DNA of 63,057 bases, counting the filler, from Mytilus trossulus (lineage: Eukaryota), in assembly GCF_036588685.1 (NCBI RefSeq). It is 2 parts of one record of this genome, joined end to end, with 100 filler letters (N's around TTAATTAATTAA, not from the genome) between each part and the next. Parts side by side here need not be neighbours in the genome. Positions count along the whole stretch, not along the records: positions 31,794 to 63,057 come from NC_086383.1; 1 more part is not named here. One strand, written 5' to 3'. This document shows positions 51,086-63,057 of the stretch, one piece after another. The notes beneath the pieces are model-generated. The model searched no databases, was not told where the DNA came from, and saw only the letters and a program-made list of their open reading frames with translations. The position numbers and the translations under genes were made by a program. Each line of letters begins with the position of its first letter. Positions within the stretch are counted from its first letter, which is position 1.

Positions 51086-51985
51086 AGAGAAAAGTAGTGA
51101 CTGAAAGTTAGTCATTCGCATAATTATGATAACTGTCACATAGTTGAATTCTTCCAAGACTTTATTACGCTCATTTTGTTTTTAAGCTGTTATTTTGGGT
51201 ATATTATAAGTTGGTTTTAGTATTTCATGACCATACTTCAATGTCTAACCGGAGAACTACCTCGAACATCAATAAATAATGAAATTAGTATAGCTGGTAG
51301 ATCTGCTTTGTTTGTCGTGTATTTAACAATCTGCCATAATGTTGACTCAGAACGTATCTGACGGAGAAACACACATGACATTTTTTATATAGATTATACC
51401 GTTGGTTATCCGGTTTCAATGGTTTTACACTAGTAACTTTGGGGCCCTTTACAGCTTTATGTTCGGTGTGAGCAAAGGCTCCGTGTTGAAGGCCGTACAT
51501 TGACTTATAATGTTTTCCTTTAATAAATTGTTATTTGGATGGAGAGTTGTCTCATTGGCACTCACATCATATCTTCCTATATTTATGAAGCGAAATATTG
51601 CTATTTACCTGTGACCAGCATACTACATATACATTCGTACTGTACATGATTATTTCTTATTTTCTTAATATGCTTAAGGCTAGGTTTGAAGACAGAGTTA
51701 TCTAAAAAAAAATATCGAATTCAAATCATTGGTTCATATGACGTTTATTAGAAGAAGAAAAAAATATCAATGTAGCTACAAAAGATTGATCACAAAACAT
51801 TATAAGTCAGAATACATCACATCTTTTGAACAATTTGGACAAATAAACATTTTAATTAAGCAGTATTTATTAATCATTTCGTAGATTAGATTTGGACAAA
51901 GTTATGAAAAAGAAAAATCACAATAGTGTACATCTGCAGATAACTCTGGACAGGAAGTATAGTATGTTCGTTTTTTAAAACTTAT

Positions 51986-53218
51986 TTAGAAAGATAACTG
52001 CGGTATAATTTCGATTTTAGTAGCGATTTGGAATTCAAATTCAGGGTTAAAGGTAATTTCGAGCCGATATACTGTAGCTCGTTTTTCAACTTTCCGTAGG
52101 ATAGCTCTCCTCTCTTTAGCGTCTTCCGATTGTCGAAAAGATTCATATGTATTTCCAAGTATAGTTTGAGCTGATTTGTCGAACAGTATTATCCATAAAC
52201 TTTTATCCGAGCTGATCGGAGAGTCCACAAATTCAGCTTTCAATCGAACCTTGTCTTCCCCTTTCTGACACTTTTGACATTCCTCACAGTACCATCCGTC
52301 GTCAGTTTCTTTAAGCTTCCCATGGCTTTCTTCATATTCACAGTGCTTAATAATCATTTCAACGTGACTTTTTTTCGCAAATGATTCAATTTTAACTGAA
52401 CTTATGTAAATTAAATGTTTTTTCCTTTCCAAATTTACAACATCTTTAATATTCATCGTCTCAGGGATAAGATAACTTTCATCTTCATTTTCTAAAAGCG
52501 GTTTCATTTTCTCACTTGATTTCCTTTCAAAAGTAGCAAAATCTCCCGCTGTCAAATAAAATTTATCTCCGTCATAAACCTTAAACATGCCTACCTCCAC
52601 GTTTTTAAGTTTAAGTACTTGTCCTGGTTTGTACCAAAATCGGATGTCGTTTATTCCAAAGCCCCAAATGTTCATCTTAATTTTTCCACTTTTATCTTTG
52701 AACATAACTTCCTTTAAATACTTTTTGCTTGGTTTGCGTACTGGGCCAACTGAAGTGATTATTACAGGACCAACCATTCGTAGCTTCCTTATGATAGTCT
52801 TATCTTTCATGTCAGCTATTTTATGAGAATGATATTTCGTTTTTTCCAATCGTTCTTCTTTTGAAACATGTTCTATTGTTGTTGATCGAGACAGAATCAA
52901 TTCCTGCTCTGAACTTACATACTCGCTTGTTCTAAGTTCATAGCCAGAAATGTTATATAACATCCCAGGTTTCATGTTTTGATTGATATAGTGAACGTGT
53001 TTGCCAAACGCAGATGCCCTAATATTTTGCAAGTATGCGTCGCTATGTAATAGTATTCCTATTCTTTGTTTGCAGATCAAGTTGCCATAATTTTGTATTG
53101 GAGACATTTCGAGAACCTCTACCGTCATTGTAGTCATTCTTAACTTTTTAACTGAGGTTTTCCGTTCAACAAATTTGCTTCCGTCCTCTGCTTCATCAGC
53201 CTGTCTTTGAAAACTAGT
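51986..53218 (-). CDS. RPA1-like ssDNA-binding protein (three OB folds + zinc ribbon), single large coding exon
   Basis: Open 410 codons from acceptor ctttcag|ACT (53219/53218); first ATG at 53137 gives 383 aa. OB-A: IRASAFGKHV…PGMLYNIS. OB-B: FKDKSGKIKMNIWG…GQVLKLKNVEV. OB-C: HCEYEESH…WYCEEC…LWIILFDKSAQTILG. AATAAA on - at 51866-51871 and 51744-51749. Confidence 0.85.
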   Translation of the reverse strand, partial: TSFQRQADEAEDGSKFVERKTSVKKLRMTTMTVEVLEMSPIQNYGNLICKQRIGILLHSDAYLQNIRASAFGKHVHYINQNMKPGMLYNISGYELRTSEYVSSEQELILSRSTTIEHVSKEERLEKTKYHSHKIADMKDKTIIRKLRMVGPVIITSVGPVRKPSKKYLKEVMFKDKSGKIKMNIWGFGINDIRFWYKPGQVLKLKNVEVGMFKVYDGDKFYLTAGDFATFERKSSEKMKPLLENEDESYLIPETMNIKDVVNLERKKHLIYISSVKIESFAKKSHVEMIIKHCEYEESHGKLKETDDGWYCEECQKCQKGEDKVRLKAEFVDSPISSDKSLWIILFDKSAQTILGNTYESFRQSEDAKERRAILRKVEKRATVYRLEITFNPEFEFQIATKIEIIPQLSF

Positions 53219-53362
53219 CTGAAAGATTAAGTAACATATTATTAACTTACTCGTATACAAGCATGAACGTTTATCTATAAATTATCACTTTTTGTAACAT
53301 AATTTGTCATTTCGCATATCCAGATAAAAATATCTGCTCAAATCAAACATGTTAAGTAATTC

Positions 53363-53705
53363 AAAAAAGGGACGAAAGATACCAAAGGGACAGTCAAACT
53401 CGTAAATCTAACACAAACTGACAACGCCATGGCTAAAAATGAAAAAGACAAACAGAAAAAACAATAGTACACGTGACACTACACATTTGCTACATAGAAA
53501 ACTAAAGAATAAACAACACGAACCCAACCAAACACTAGGTGTGATCTCAGGTGCTCCGGAAGGGTAAGCAGATTCTGCTCCACATGCGGCACCCGTCGTG
53601 TTGCTTATGTGATTACAAATCCGGTAAATAGTCTAATTCGGTAGGTCAAATTCTTGAAAGGGAAGGGGATTGTAGTTACGACGTAAGGAACATATCCGAT
53701 ATCAT
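53363..53705 (-). repeat. Naiad-type 3' UTR fragment
   Basis: Close copy of 3330-3660. Confidence 0.85.
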
Positions 53706-53883
53706 GGGTTATCTGTCATGTCATGTCTATACACAGTCACTATGATTTAAAATGACGTTAGACTCCAAGCAGCATGGGATACTAATTTAATACAAATATG
53801 TAAACCAAAATCAGAAGAAGTGTTGGAAGGTTTTCTTTAACTAAGAATGATTATGTCCAAGTTGACTGAACATTGAAATTTAA

Positions 53884-54676
53884 GGATGTAAACATCTGAG
53901 GAGCCAAACATTTCTAGAATTAAACTTTGTTTCTTTACCTGATTTTTGGGTTTATTAGACTGTAACAAAACAATTGGTGAAGAAAAAATCATATGGGTGG
54001 TGCACTTCTTTTTTTGCTACAGCCCTTTGAAAATGCTCAATTTTGATGATTTTCCCATTTTTCATCGATTTTTACCTATGTTTTGGGCTATTATTGTGAA
54101 AAAAATGCACAGTTCCACAATAAAACTTTTGTTCATACTTTCTATAAAGATGAAGTGGACCAATCTGATTAATATTTTACTTTAAAAAAAACTTTAAGTA
54201 GGTGTTAATATAAGAAAGTTTTATCATATTTTGATGTTTTTTTGTGTAAAATTTACCATGCTGTCAATTTTGTATTTTTGTGATTTTTCTCAGTTTTAAG
54301 AACAAAATGTATGTTATTTTATATTCATTTCATATATTATTTGCTATAAATGATTGAAAAATACATATTTAAGCAATTTGAAAAGACCAAAATGATATGG
54401 GATGTACAAAATTCTTGTAAAATCCATCTTTGTGTCCCTCACCCATTTTCTCAAAATTTAAGATAAAAATACTAACTTGATTCGTAGTAAAATTTGAAAA
54501 TTGGATTACTCCAAAACCATTTATTGTAAATACACAATTTGTTCACAAAGTATGTTTAATTATGATATTTTTAAATTTCATTGATATTTCCCACTTGTAT
54601 CACATGTTTTGGAAATAATTCAAGAACGATATTTCAACGAGACTGAACGAGACTGGAAAGTCAGAAGAATACATCC
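53884..54676. mobile_element. Kolobok-like non-autonomous DNA transposon
   Basis: TTAA|GGATGTA … TACATCC|TTAA (TTAA TSD, RR..YY termini). Confidence 0.65.
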
Positions 54677-55426
54677 TTAAGAGAAATACGTTTTTTGTCA
54701 TCTTTATTCAGTTGTAAAATAAATCTTACTGCTCATCTTTTACTGTCTATTATAATTACCATTGACTTCTATAACAGATGATTGAAATGATCTAAATTTT
54801 TATATATGTATCAAGAAATGTGTGTAGATCCATTTTCTTTGTAGTTTTGAATTTATTATTGTTCAAGTATAAGATATTCGAAAAGTCCTCTGATCTGTTA
54901 GCTTACTGATTGGTCAAAATGTCAATTCTGACATGTTAGTTCAACAGGCGGTGAATTTTTATGGCGATTGGTGTATTCAAACCAGAAACGTTTGCTGGTG
55001 ACGTTACTCTGTCAGGGCATATAGTCTTGTTAAAAATAATAGTCTCTCAGGCAAAGTTGGCTTTAGACGAATTTGGCTATTAATTTTTGGAATTTTTGAC
55101 ATATAGCTCTTCGGACGCAATAAATTATAAAACGTGTTGTTTTCCATTTATTACATCACTGGGTCGATACCTCTGCTGTTGGACTATCAGTCCCCGAGGG
55201 TATCATCAGCTCAGTAGTCAGTGCTTCGGTACTGACATGATATAACAAACTTTACTAAAATTGTCTGTTTATAAATTTTGAAATTATTATGAAACTAAGG
55301 TTTCAACTCCCTGAGGCAAAGATGGCTTTAGACGAATTTGGCTATTTTTTTTGGAATTTTTTACATATCGCTCTTCAACGATTTCTGGTACTTATACATC
55401 TTCGGATTTCAAATGTTTGGCTTTGA

Positions 55427-55468
55427 GCGTTCCTGATGAAGGTAAATCCAGAAAAGCACTTCGGACGC
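55427..55468 (+). ncRNA. Type I hammerhead ribozyme variant, copy 1
   Basis: Stem I gcgttc/ggacgc. CUGAUGA at 55433-55439. Minimal stem II A-GG-uaaau-CC-A. GAAA at 55451-55454. Stem III AAGCACUU. UUC cleavage predicted after 55462. Confidence 0.8.
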
Positions 55469-55778
55469 AATAAATTATAAAACGTGTTGTTTTCCATTTA
55501 TTACATCACTGTGTCGATACCTCTGCTGGTGGACTATCAGTCCCCGAGGGTATCATCAGCTCAGTAGTCAGTGATTCGAAACTGACATGATTTAACAAAC
55601 TTTACTAAAATTGTCTGTTTATAAATTTTGAAATTATTATGAAACTAAGGTTTCAACTCCCTCAGGCAAAGATGGCTTTTGACGAATTTGGCTATTTTTT
55701 TTTTGGAATTTTTTACATATAGCCCTTCAACGATTTCCGGTACTTATACATCTTCGGATTTCAAATGTTTGGCTTTGA

Positions 55779-55820
55779 GCGTTCCTGATGAAGGTAAATC
55801 CAGAAAAGCACTTCGGACGC
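55779..55820 (+). ncRNA. Type I hammerhead ribozyme variant, copy 2
   Basis: Identical to 55427-55468. Predicted cleavage after 55814. Confidence 0.8.
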
Positions 55821-57204
55821 GATAAATTATAAAACGTGTTGTTTTCCATTTGTTACCATATTCAATATGGATGGTATGTACCCTGCCATACACTTGTCGC
55901 CAACAATTACGCAAAATGTCGTTAATGAACATGGTCTGTCATACTTTGATGTCATATTCAGAGACGATAGCAAGTTACTGTCAGTTTGCCAAAAACGGTA
56001 GTGTTAAAAGCCATATTCTTTTTTGAGCAACATTGATGTTCAATAAATAAACTAACGAATATACCAAGGAATTTTCTTTGAAAGAAAATTTCAAATACGA
56101 TTAAGATTTGTAAGAAGATTTACGAAACAGTAAATGACGACACCAGATTAAATTCTCACAAAGACCTTTAAATTACAGGTAACAAGCTAAGGTAAGATAG
56201 GTGTTTGTTAGTGCAGTCTTGGTAACTGAAATGTTTTAGAGGCATATCAGACAGTTCCGCTACTTTTTAGAAATCAATTGTCTATCAATGAATTTAATGC
56301 TCAAAGTAATGAACCATTACATATTGAACTATCATATTTACTTACTTTATTCACTGATCATATAGCTTAAATATTTAATATTCTAAACATCTAGCTACAA
56401 ACATATGATATTTTTAAACATATAAGTGAAAAAATAATAGATGGAATATGATTGCAATTAAGACAAGTCTACACAAGAGACCGAATGACACCGAAGTAAA
56501 CAATTTTAGGCCAGTGTACGGGCTTCGACCATGAGCTAAGCCTTTACCACCAAGTAAGCGTTGACAGGCCCGAAAATTTAAAGGAGAAAATTAGCAACGG
56601 CCTATTTTTCGTAAACAAAGATAAACGAAATACATATATGTTACACAGCAACAAACTACAAGCACTGAATTATAAGCTCCTTGCTTGGGACAGACACACA
56701 TAAAATGCGGTTGAACTCGTTTTAAGGTGAGCATTTTGTTATTACTAAATTGACAGTCTTTTATTATATTGAAAAGATTAAATTGTTATATGTACTCCAT
56801 TATTTTTATTAATAAATGATAACACACAATTGAGAGATGTAGAGGGCAAATGAAAGCATACAGTTGTTAGTTAGTTATGGGTATTTTGAAAGCAACATAT
56901 ATTGTATGCTATGTTTTTCATCTTAATGTAATGTTGAACTTGACTCATTCATATTTGATTTATATCCCGTAAATATAATTTTTAACAGTGTTTCTACTGT
57001 ACTGTAATATGTTTAACATCAGTAACGAAAAATTTATGTTTGTCTAAATGTGAATGCCACTGACTTGTATCTAAATCAATATTTTTTAAGTTTATAACTG
57101 ACAGGTGTTTTTAAATATTTTTCTTGAATTTGATAATTATGGTTATGAATAACTTACGCATACATATATCTTCACGTAAGATATACCAGTCCATTACTCT
57201 TAGT

Positions 57205-59802
57205 AGAGGTAACCGGTGAGATCACGAACCGACAAATAATGACGAACGAACGTAGTAGGAGCAGTGATTTTCATATTGGTTAAAGTTTATTAAAATCGAA
57301 TAATCGACTAAAATACCCCTTGACATTTCACAAAGTTCCCTGTATTAGAACAATACAATTCGAGCTTTCAAGTATAAGGAGGTATTTATAAGACTATGTA
57401 TTTTTAACTTAAATACCGGAAGTGCCTAAATATGGATCAAAACGAAACAGTACGTATAAATGTATACCTGTGGTGGTCACCTTCTAATAGTCACGTGGAA
57501 TGAAAGCATGATTTAATCATGGGGACAATCTATTAATTAACTACGGTGCATGTGTTTGAAAGAAGAATATGTAGAAGATATTGAATACATATTTGTTCAA
57601 AAATAAACATTTTAACTAGTAGGGACAGACCAGTTACTTGAAAAAAATATGCGGCGCGACAATTTTTAATTTTTTTTTAAATTTAACACTTTTTTTTGTG
57701 GTAATTATCCAAGATAAGATTTAATTCAAAATCAAATATATTATTCTCCAGTCTTTTTCCTATATATTATTTTATATCGTAGTTAAAGCGGGTATCGATC
57801 ATCTATCTTTGAGGAGGGTATACGGAGGCAATCATTTGATTCTGATGGGACCAACCGGGCAGATTTGGTCAGTCATGTTAATTATTTTTGAAAAAAAATT
57901 CAACTGCTACACGCAAGATTATTTATTACACATGTATCATTTTACCGTATAATAGAATTTGGAAGCCAGTTTATTTTAGGTTGGAGCCAGCATATTTTTT
58001 ACTATTATTTTTCTGACCATCAAATTTTATTTACGTGACCTGCCAGCTCCGATCCTAGAATCAAAGGATCGTCGACTAACCCTCATTTAGTATGCGGTGT
58101 TGCTGGTATTATTTAGTATATTTGGTCCGGGGAAAAAGAATAGAACGCCGAAAAAAAATTTGGAACTTGATACGCTGGAATTATAAAATTATATTATTAT
58201 ATCTTATTTGGTTATTCATTGGTTATTATGCGAAAGAACACATATATAGTATATATATATACTCAAGAGTCAACCTTAAATTGAGGGTACATTATATGGC
58301 CTTCCAAAAACCGTTTCGATCCCTAACATCACTGAAGAGACATATATTGTCGCAATCTAGATCTGGTGTACAAAAAAAATATTGACACCTTGTGTTTGTG
58401 GCATAACATCTTGCTCACAGGTTCATTGTTTTCTGTTTAGTATTAAATTTATATTAAGATCCATTTTGTAACATCTTGTGATCAATTTTATTTGGCAATC
58501 GCCAATGGCAGTCAGCAGGGTTAAAGAACATCAGTTGTTCGACCTGTTAGTCAAATGTGTTTTGTTTAAATATACTTTTTCACTTTTTTTGGTCTTTTGG
58601 AAAATGCTGTTTGTGCAGTATTTAGACCCTTCTATAACGAAATTTGTTTTACATGCACACGTATAAAAATTGCGGTTTTATCCAACGCAATCATAGGTTT
58701 GGACGTAGTTTTCAATTTAGACTTGTTTATATTTTATCGTTTGTGCATGTATCATATTTTCCTTCCGGTTTTCGGTTAAGTATTTGGTATTCGATTGTTT
58801 TTCTTTTTTTCCCTAGTCAGTACAAAGACTAGAAGGAATCTCCCCCATTTTGTTATTTAGCTCATTCTAAACAATGATTCGAATTAATACAAATTTTCAG
58901 TTTATTCTTTCTAAAGCTTTGCATGTATGCGCCCAAGGAGGGGTCAATTCATATATAAAAGTACCGAATAAATATACAGACGTTCCGCTAGAATTGGTAA
59001 TTTTTCAACTCGTCAAATCCATGATTTGGTATGAAATTTGAACCTTATTATGTGACTTGGCCGGTAATTTCAGGCCTAAGAATTAACCAGGCGAAAATTA
59101 TCAGGCGAATCTATGATTTGGGCAGAAATTTTGAACTAAGAGACCATCCATTTAAATTAAAAATGGGTCTACGGGCAGGGCTGTTCAAGGAAGGACATGT
59201 CCAATTTTCTCGTCAGAAATTATTTTTGTCTCTGCCTTTTCTAGCCATTCTTTAGTCGTTCAGTCTCTAAGATTTTGGAATCAAGTTATTTATTTTTTTA
59301 AAATACCCCCCTTTTTCCATGCCAGTTAAATTATCGGACCCTAAACTCATGTTCTGGTAACAATTTCAACGCGAGATGTTTTGGACCTGCATCCAATGAA
59401 AGTTGTTACTTATTTTTAAAAGTCTCAAATTTGCAATAATGAAAAATAAGAGAGCCTAACTTTTTATCTTTTAATGAATGCCCTGCCTTTTTATTTCAGT
59501 CCCCTGCCCCCCCCCCTTTACAAAATAAACGGAGGTTTTCTACTCTTGATGCTGGCCAGAAATCAGAATCAAAATATTTTGTTCTAAAAAATATAACCCC
59601 CCTCCACTCCCACCAGAAAATGCCCCGTGACTGACGACGACATACAAAGTAAAAAGAATAAAATAGGCAGTACGCGTATCAAACAATAAAAAAATGCACT
59701 TATAATCCTTACTTGAAATTAATGATCCCGCTTCGTGTCATACGGCAAATTAGGTGATACGTCGTGATTCGTACGTGATTCGTGATCTCATCTGTTACCT
59801 CT
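57205..59802. mobile_element. 2.6-kb non-autonomous TIR element with 3-bp TSD (PIF/Harbinger-like)
   Basis: 24-bp TIR AGAGGTAACCGGTGAGATCACGAA vs AGAGGTAACAGATGAGATCACGAA. AGT on both flanks (57202-57204, 59803-59805). Confidence 0.7.
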
Positions 59803-59805
59803 AGT

Positions 59806-61050
59806 AGAGCTTTCTTACAAATTGACGAAAAGTACGAACGAACGTAAAGGGAGCACGTATTTCATTTCCACAATAACAGTTAAAAGAGTCTTTGTTTTAT
59901 CCAGTAAAACAGCATTATTTTCTAAATCAAGTTTATTTTTCAAAAATAATAATATCGTAAATAATACACGATTTTAATATAATCAAACAGAGAAAAATAG
60001 TGTCAAATACACTTACTTCCGATACGTTACTTACGTTAAACACGAGCACAAACATTTCCGCGGGATTTTTTTAAGCACGAGTTTCACGATTAGCATTCCA
60101 ATGACAGTATTGAAGTACGTTAGTCTAAATTTAACGACAAGATTTACATTTATTTTTATTGTTTATAGTTCACTTTCAGCGAATTGTCAAAGTGAAATAT
60201 CGGGATTTGCTAAAAAAAACAAAACATGATGTTACAATGTTGTTAAAAAGTAATGTTGAATAAATCTAGAAAAACAAATTTTGTATATCAAGAAAATAAA
60301 CCTACAATTTTGCGCCATACATATTGTGGATTTTATGATGACGATTTAACAGTTCACATGTTTGGAAGATAGACGCGAAGTTGTCACTTATCGTCAATTG
60401 GCTAATATTTCATGAATGTTCCGAACTATAGGCAAAACGTAAATATTCGCTAAAAGAACCCTTCAATTGCTCCGGTGTATCATATATACACATTAAGGGT
60501 GGGGGTGATATTACCAGGGGAGAGGCGATGATTCAAAAGTTTTTAAACGAGCACCAGCATATGGCATAGTATGAAGATCATCTTTTTTCTTCATTTTGAT
60601 TCTATTATTTTGAGCGTTGTAAATTTTGAATCAAGGAAGTATTTGTGTTTAGATTTTTCTTATTTTTCTGCAAGGGAAGAAGACAATATATTTGCTTTGA
60701 CATTTTTTTAGGTTAAGCAGTACAACTAATTGTAGTATTGAAGAGTTGGGGAGGGGCCTGGTTTTTAGTCTATTAGGAGTTTTGTTTTCGTCTGACTACT
60801 CTATATTTAGGATATGTTGAAGTGTTATCTCCTCCGACCTGGTGGAATCACATTTTAACCTATCGTACGTCCCGAAATTCTAAATATATCTCAAGAAAAC
60901 TACAATTTAATAAGAGTCGTATCATGTAGGATAATTGTCCGAAGTTCCACCACTACTATTCAAATATGTCAAAATAAAGGATCCCTAAAACAATTCTTAC
61001 GTATGATTCGTCAAGCATACGTACCTTTCGTCAATTTGTAAGAAAGCTCT
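59806..61050. mobile_element. 1.25-kb non-autonomous TIR element related to its left neighbour
   Basis: 31-bp TIR AGAGCTTTCTTACAAATTGACGAAA(A/G)GTACG with 1 mismatch. Flanks agt / tat. Confidence 0.75.
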
Positions 61051-62109
61051 TATATTACTTAATGTTTAAATATTTACTATCCTTTTAAATTTGTTTTAAT
61101 TTAATAATAAATGATTTTTTTTTAAGATGTCTGCTTTTAGAATATTAGGCTTTTTTATTACATATAAACCCTCAATGGACCGATTCAAACTTTGATCATC
61201 ATTCATCGAGTTGATAACAATTAAGCAACCTCTGGAAATCCGAATGTTAACAACTTATAAGTAAAAGAAAATTGTTCGTCGTAAATTTTGAGGATCATTA
61301 CTGATCTAAGGAGTGATCAATGGAGAGGTCACAATATCAATTCATCTTGTTAGATATGACAACAGTACTAACAAATTGTCTAAATCTCTTTTTCTGGATA
61401 TTTATACATTAGTATTTTACGATTGATTTTTGGTATGGTACGATTATCAACTCACAGAAGGTTCACTGTCAGATTGCAAATTCATATCTGTATCTGTTAC
61501 TGATTTCTTTTCCTCGCATATGCTGAGAAACGTTGAACTTTGCTGTTTTTGATTTGTTCTTCTCTTTTTCGTTGAACGACGATAGAAGCTGCGAGGTAAA
61601 CGTCTTTTACGTCTAACTGTCTTTTTTGTGCTGTCTGAAAATATACATGGCGTAAAGGACTTTATTTCTCACGAAAGAAAGGATTGTGTAGACCTTAAAA
61701 GAGTTAAACAATACAAAATAAAAACATGATATAATCTATAAATTAACCGGTATTATGTTTTCACGTTTGAAATTTCCGAATCTTCTTAGCTTAGCATGTT
61801 TAATCTCCGAAGCCAAAGTCATATTTTTATATCTATATACACATGGAAAAAAGTATTGCAACACCTTGATTTTTTAAAACTTGAAAAATCAACCTCTTTT
61901 TTTGGATGAAATATAATAAAATATGTGAATAATATTATTGAAACATAGTTTATGATAACATTGGCATTAAAACGAAGAAAAAATGTTTGAAAAAAAAAAA
62001 TGTATATAAGCACAATTTTAATACCAAAATGTAGTGTTTTTTGTACAAAAAAAAATGCATTTTACAACTTTTACTGTAGTCGAACTTTACTGTTCATATC
62101 ATGGTTGAT

Positions 62110-62400
62110 TGTTATACGCCAAAGAATGAGTACTTTGTGCGCAGCCTCCATTCAAACGGATAACCGCATCTAAACGTCTTCTGATTCCTGCCATAAATCG
62201 ACTAATTTGTTGCTAAGGTAGCAGCAACCATTTCTGATGAAGGGCATTGTTTATTTCATGATGTGTTTGAACTGGGGTGTCCTTTCGCGCACTTTCCGCC
62301 CAATAGTGTCCCAAATATGCTCGATATGGTTGAAATTCGGGCTACGATCAAGCCAAGAAAGATGAACCGAATTCCATTTGAACATTGGATCTTCCTCCAC
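62110..62400 (-). mobile_element. Tc1/mariner transposase C-terminal fragment
   Basis: WLDRSPNFNHIEHIWDTIGRKVR matches the Tc1 motif WPxxSPDLNPIEHxW. Degenerate. Confidence 0.85.
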
Positions 62401-63057
62401 TATGCTAATTGCCAACTTTGGCGAGCTTTGCACTACATTGGATACGGAAAACTGTGTGTCTGTTCGTTAGCAAAGGTCTCCGAAATGGTCTTATCGCACG
62501 ATAACCAGTAGTGATGAGTCGATCTCAAACAGTTCTTGTTAAAAGGCTCCTGTATGGCCACCACTCTCTTTTTAGAATTGTCTTGTATGCAATGGATTTC
62601 CTTCTGACCAACCTTCATTATGCTTGATTTTCCTTAGCAAATGGTATAGGGGGTCTTCATTATCTCGAAATGTCTTTAACAGTGTTTATTGCCTGATTTA
62701 TTCTCAAACGACTTATAGTGGAATGGTGATTACCAACAATACGTGCAGTCTTAACAGCGACATCCCTGCTTCCCTTATGCTGATAATCTGCCATCTTGCT
62801 GCAGTTAAGAGTTGTCAATGACCCATTATAAGGTTTCAATCACATAACTTTAAAGATTTGGTTATTTAAAGGGTTGAAAACAATGAGGATAAAAACAACT
62901 GTTTTGCTGTTTACGGGTACAGTAGCTGCATGTGCAGATAAAAAATTATCGAGTCAATATTTATTGATTAAACTCAGATGATACTTAAATAATGTTTAAC
63001 TAGTTCTATTTTACCAAATGATATCCCAAAAAAATGAAAAGTGTTTTTTTAATTTCA

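Larger units (their letters stand above)
55046..55851 (+). repeat. Tandem ~350-nt non-LTR retrozyme array (~2.4 units)
   Basis: The tcggacgc anchor recurs at 55111, 55461 and 55813 (periods 350 and 352). Each full unit carries a hammerhead motif. Confidence 0.9.

Noticed and set aside
53219-53260. N-terminal MYTSKLIICYLIFQ of the 424-aa ORF
   Set aside because: It begins at TTG and runs through a branch-point/pyrimidine tract to an acceptor, so it is intronic.

Overview
AT-rich eukaryotic (animal) genomic DNA, not prokaryotic. The repeat families point to a bivalve, most likely a Mytilus mussel (inference). Host-like genes: two tandem paralogues on + encoding a predicted permuted papain-fold (PPPDE/LRAT-like, His...Cys) enzyme with a Cys-rich C-terminal tail. 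One is complete with two coding exons (35209-35349 + 40985-41560); for the other only the last exon (14771-15361) is visible. There is also one intact single-exon RPA1-like triple-OB-fold gene on - (51986-53218). Most of the remainder is decayed mobile DNA: Naiad-type Penelope-like RT fragments, a DIRS element, an intron-containing Crypton (DUF3504 tyrosine recombinase), CR1, Tx1 and Tc1 fragments, and AcademH-, Kolobok- and Harbinger-like non-autonomous elements. Two families of type I hammerhead ribozyme repeats are present, including a ~350-nt tandem retrozyme array at 55.0-55.9 kb. A 1208-bp near-identical tandem duplication and an artificial scaffold spacer also occur. All calls come from reading motifs by eye; no searches were run, and repeat boundaries are approximate unless TIRs, TSDs or splice sites are quoted.
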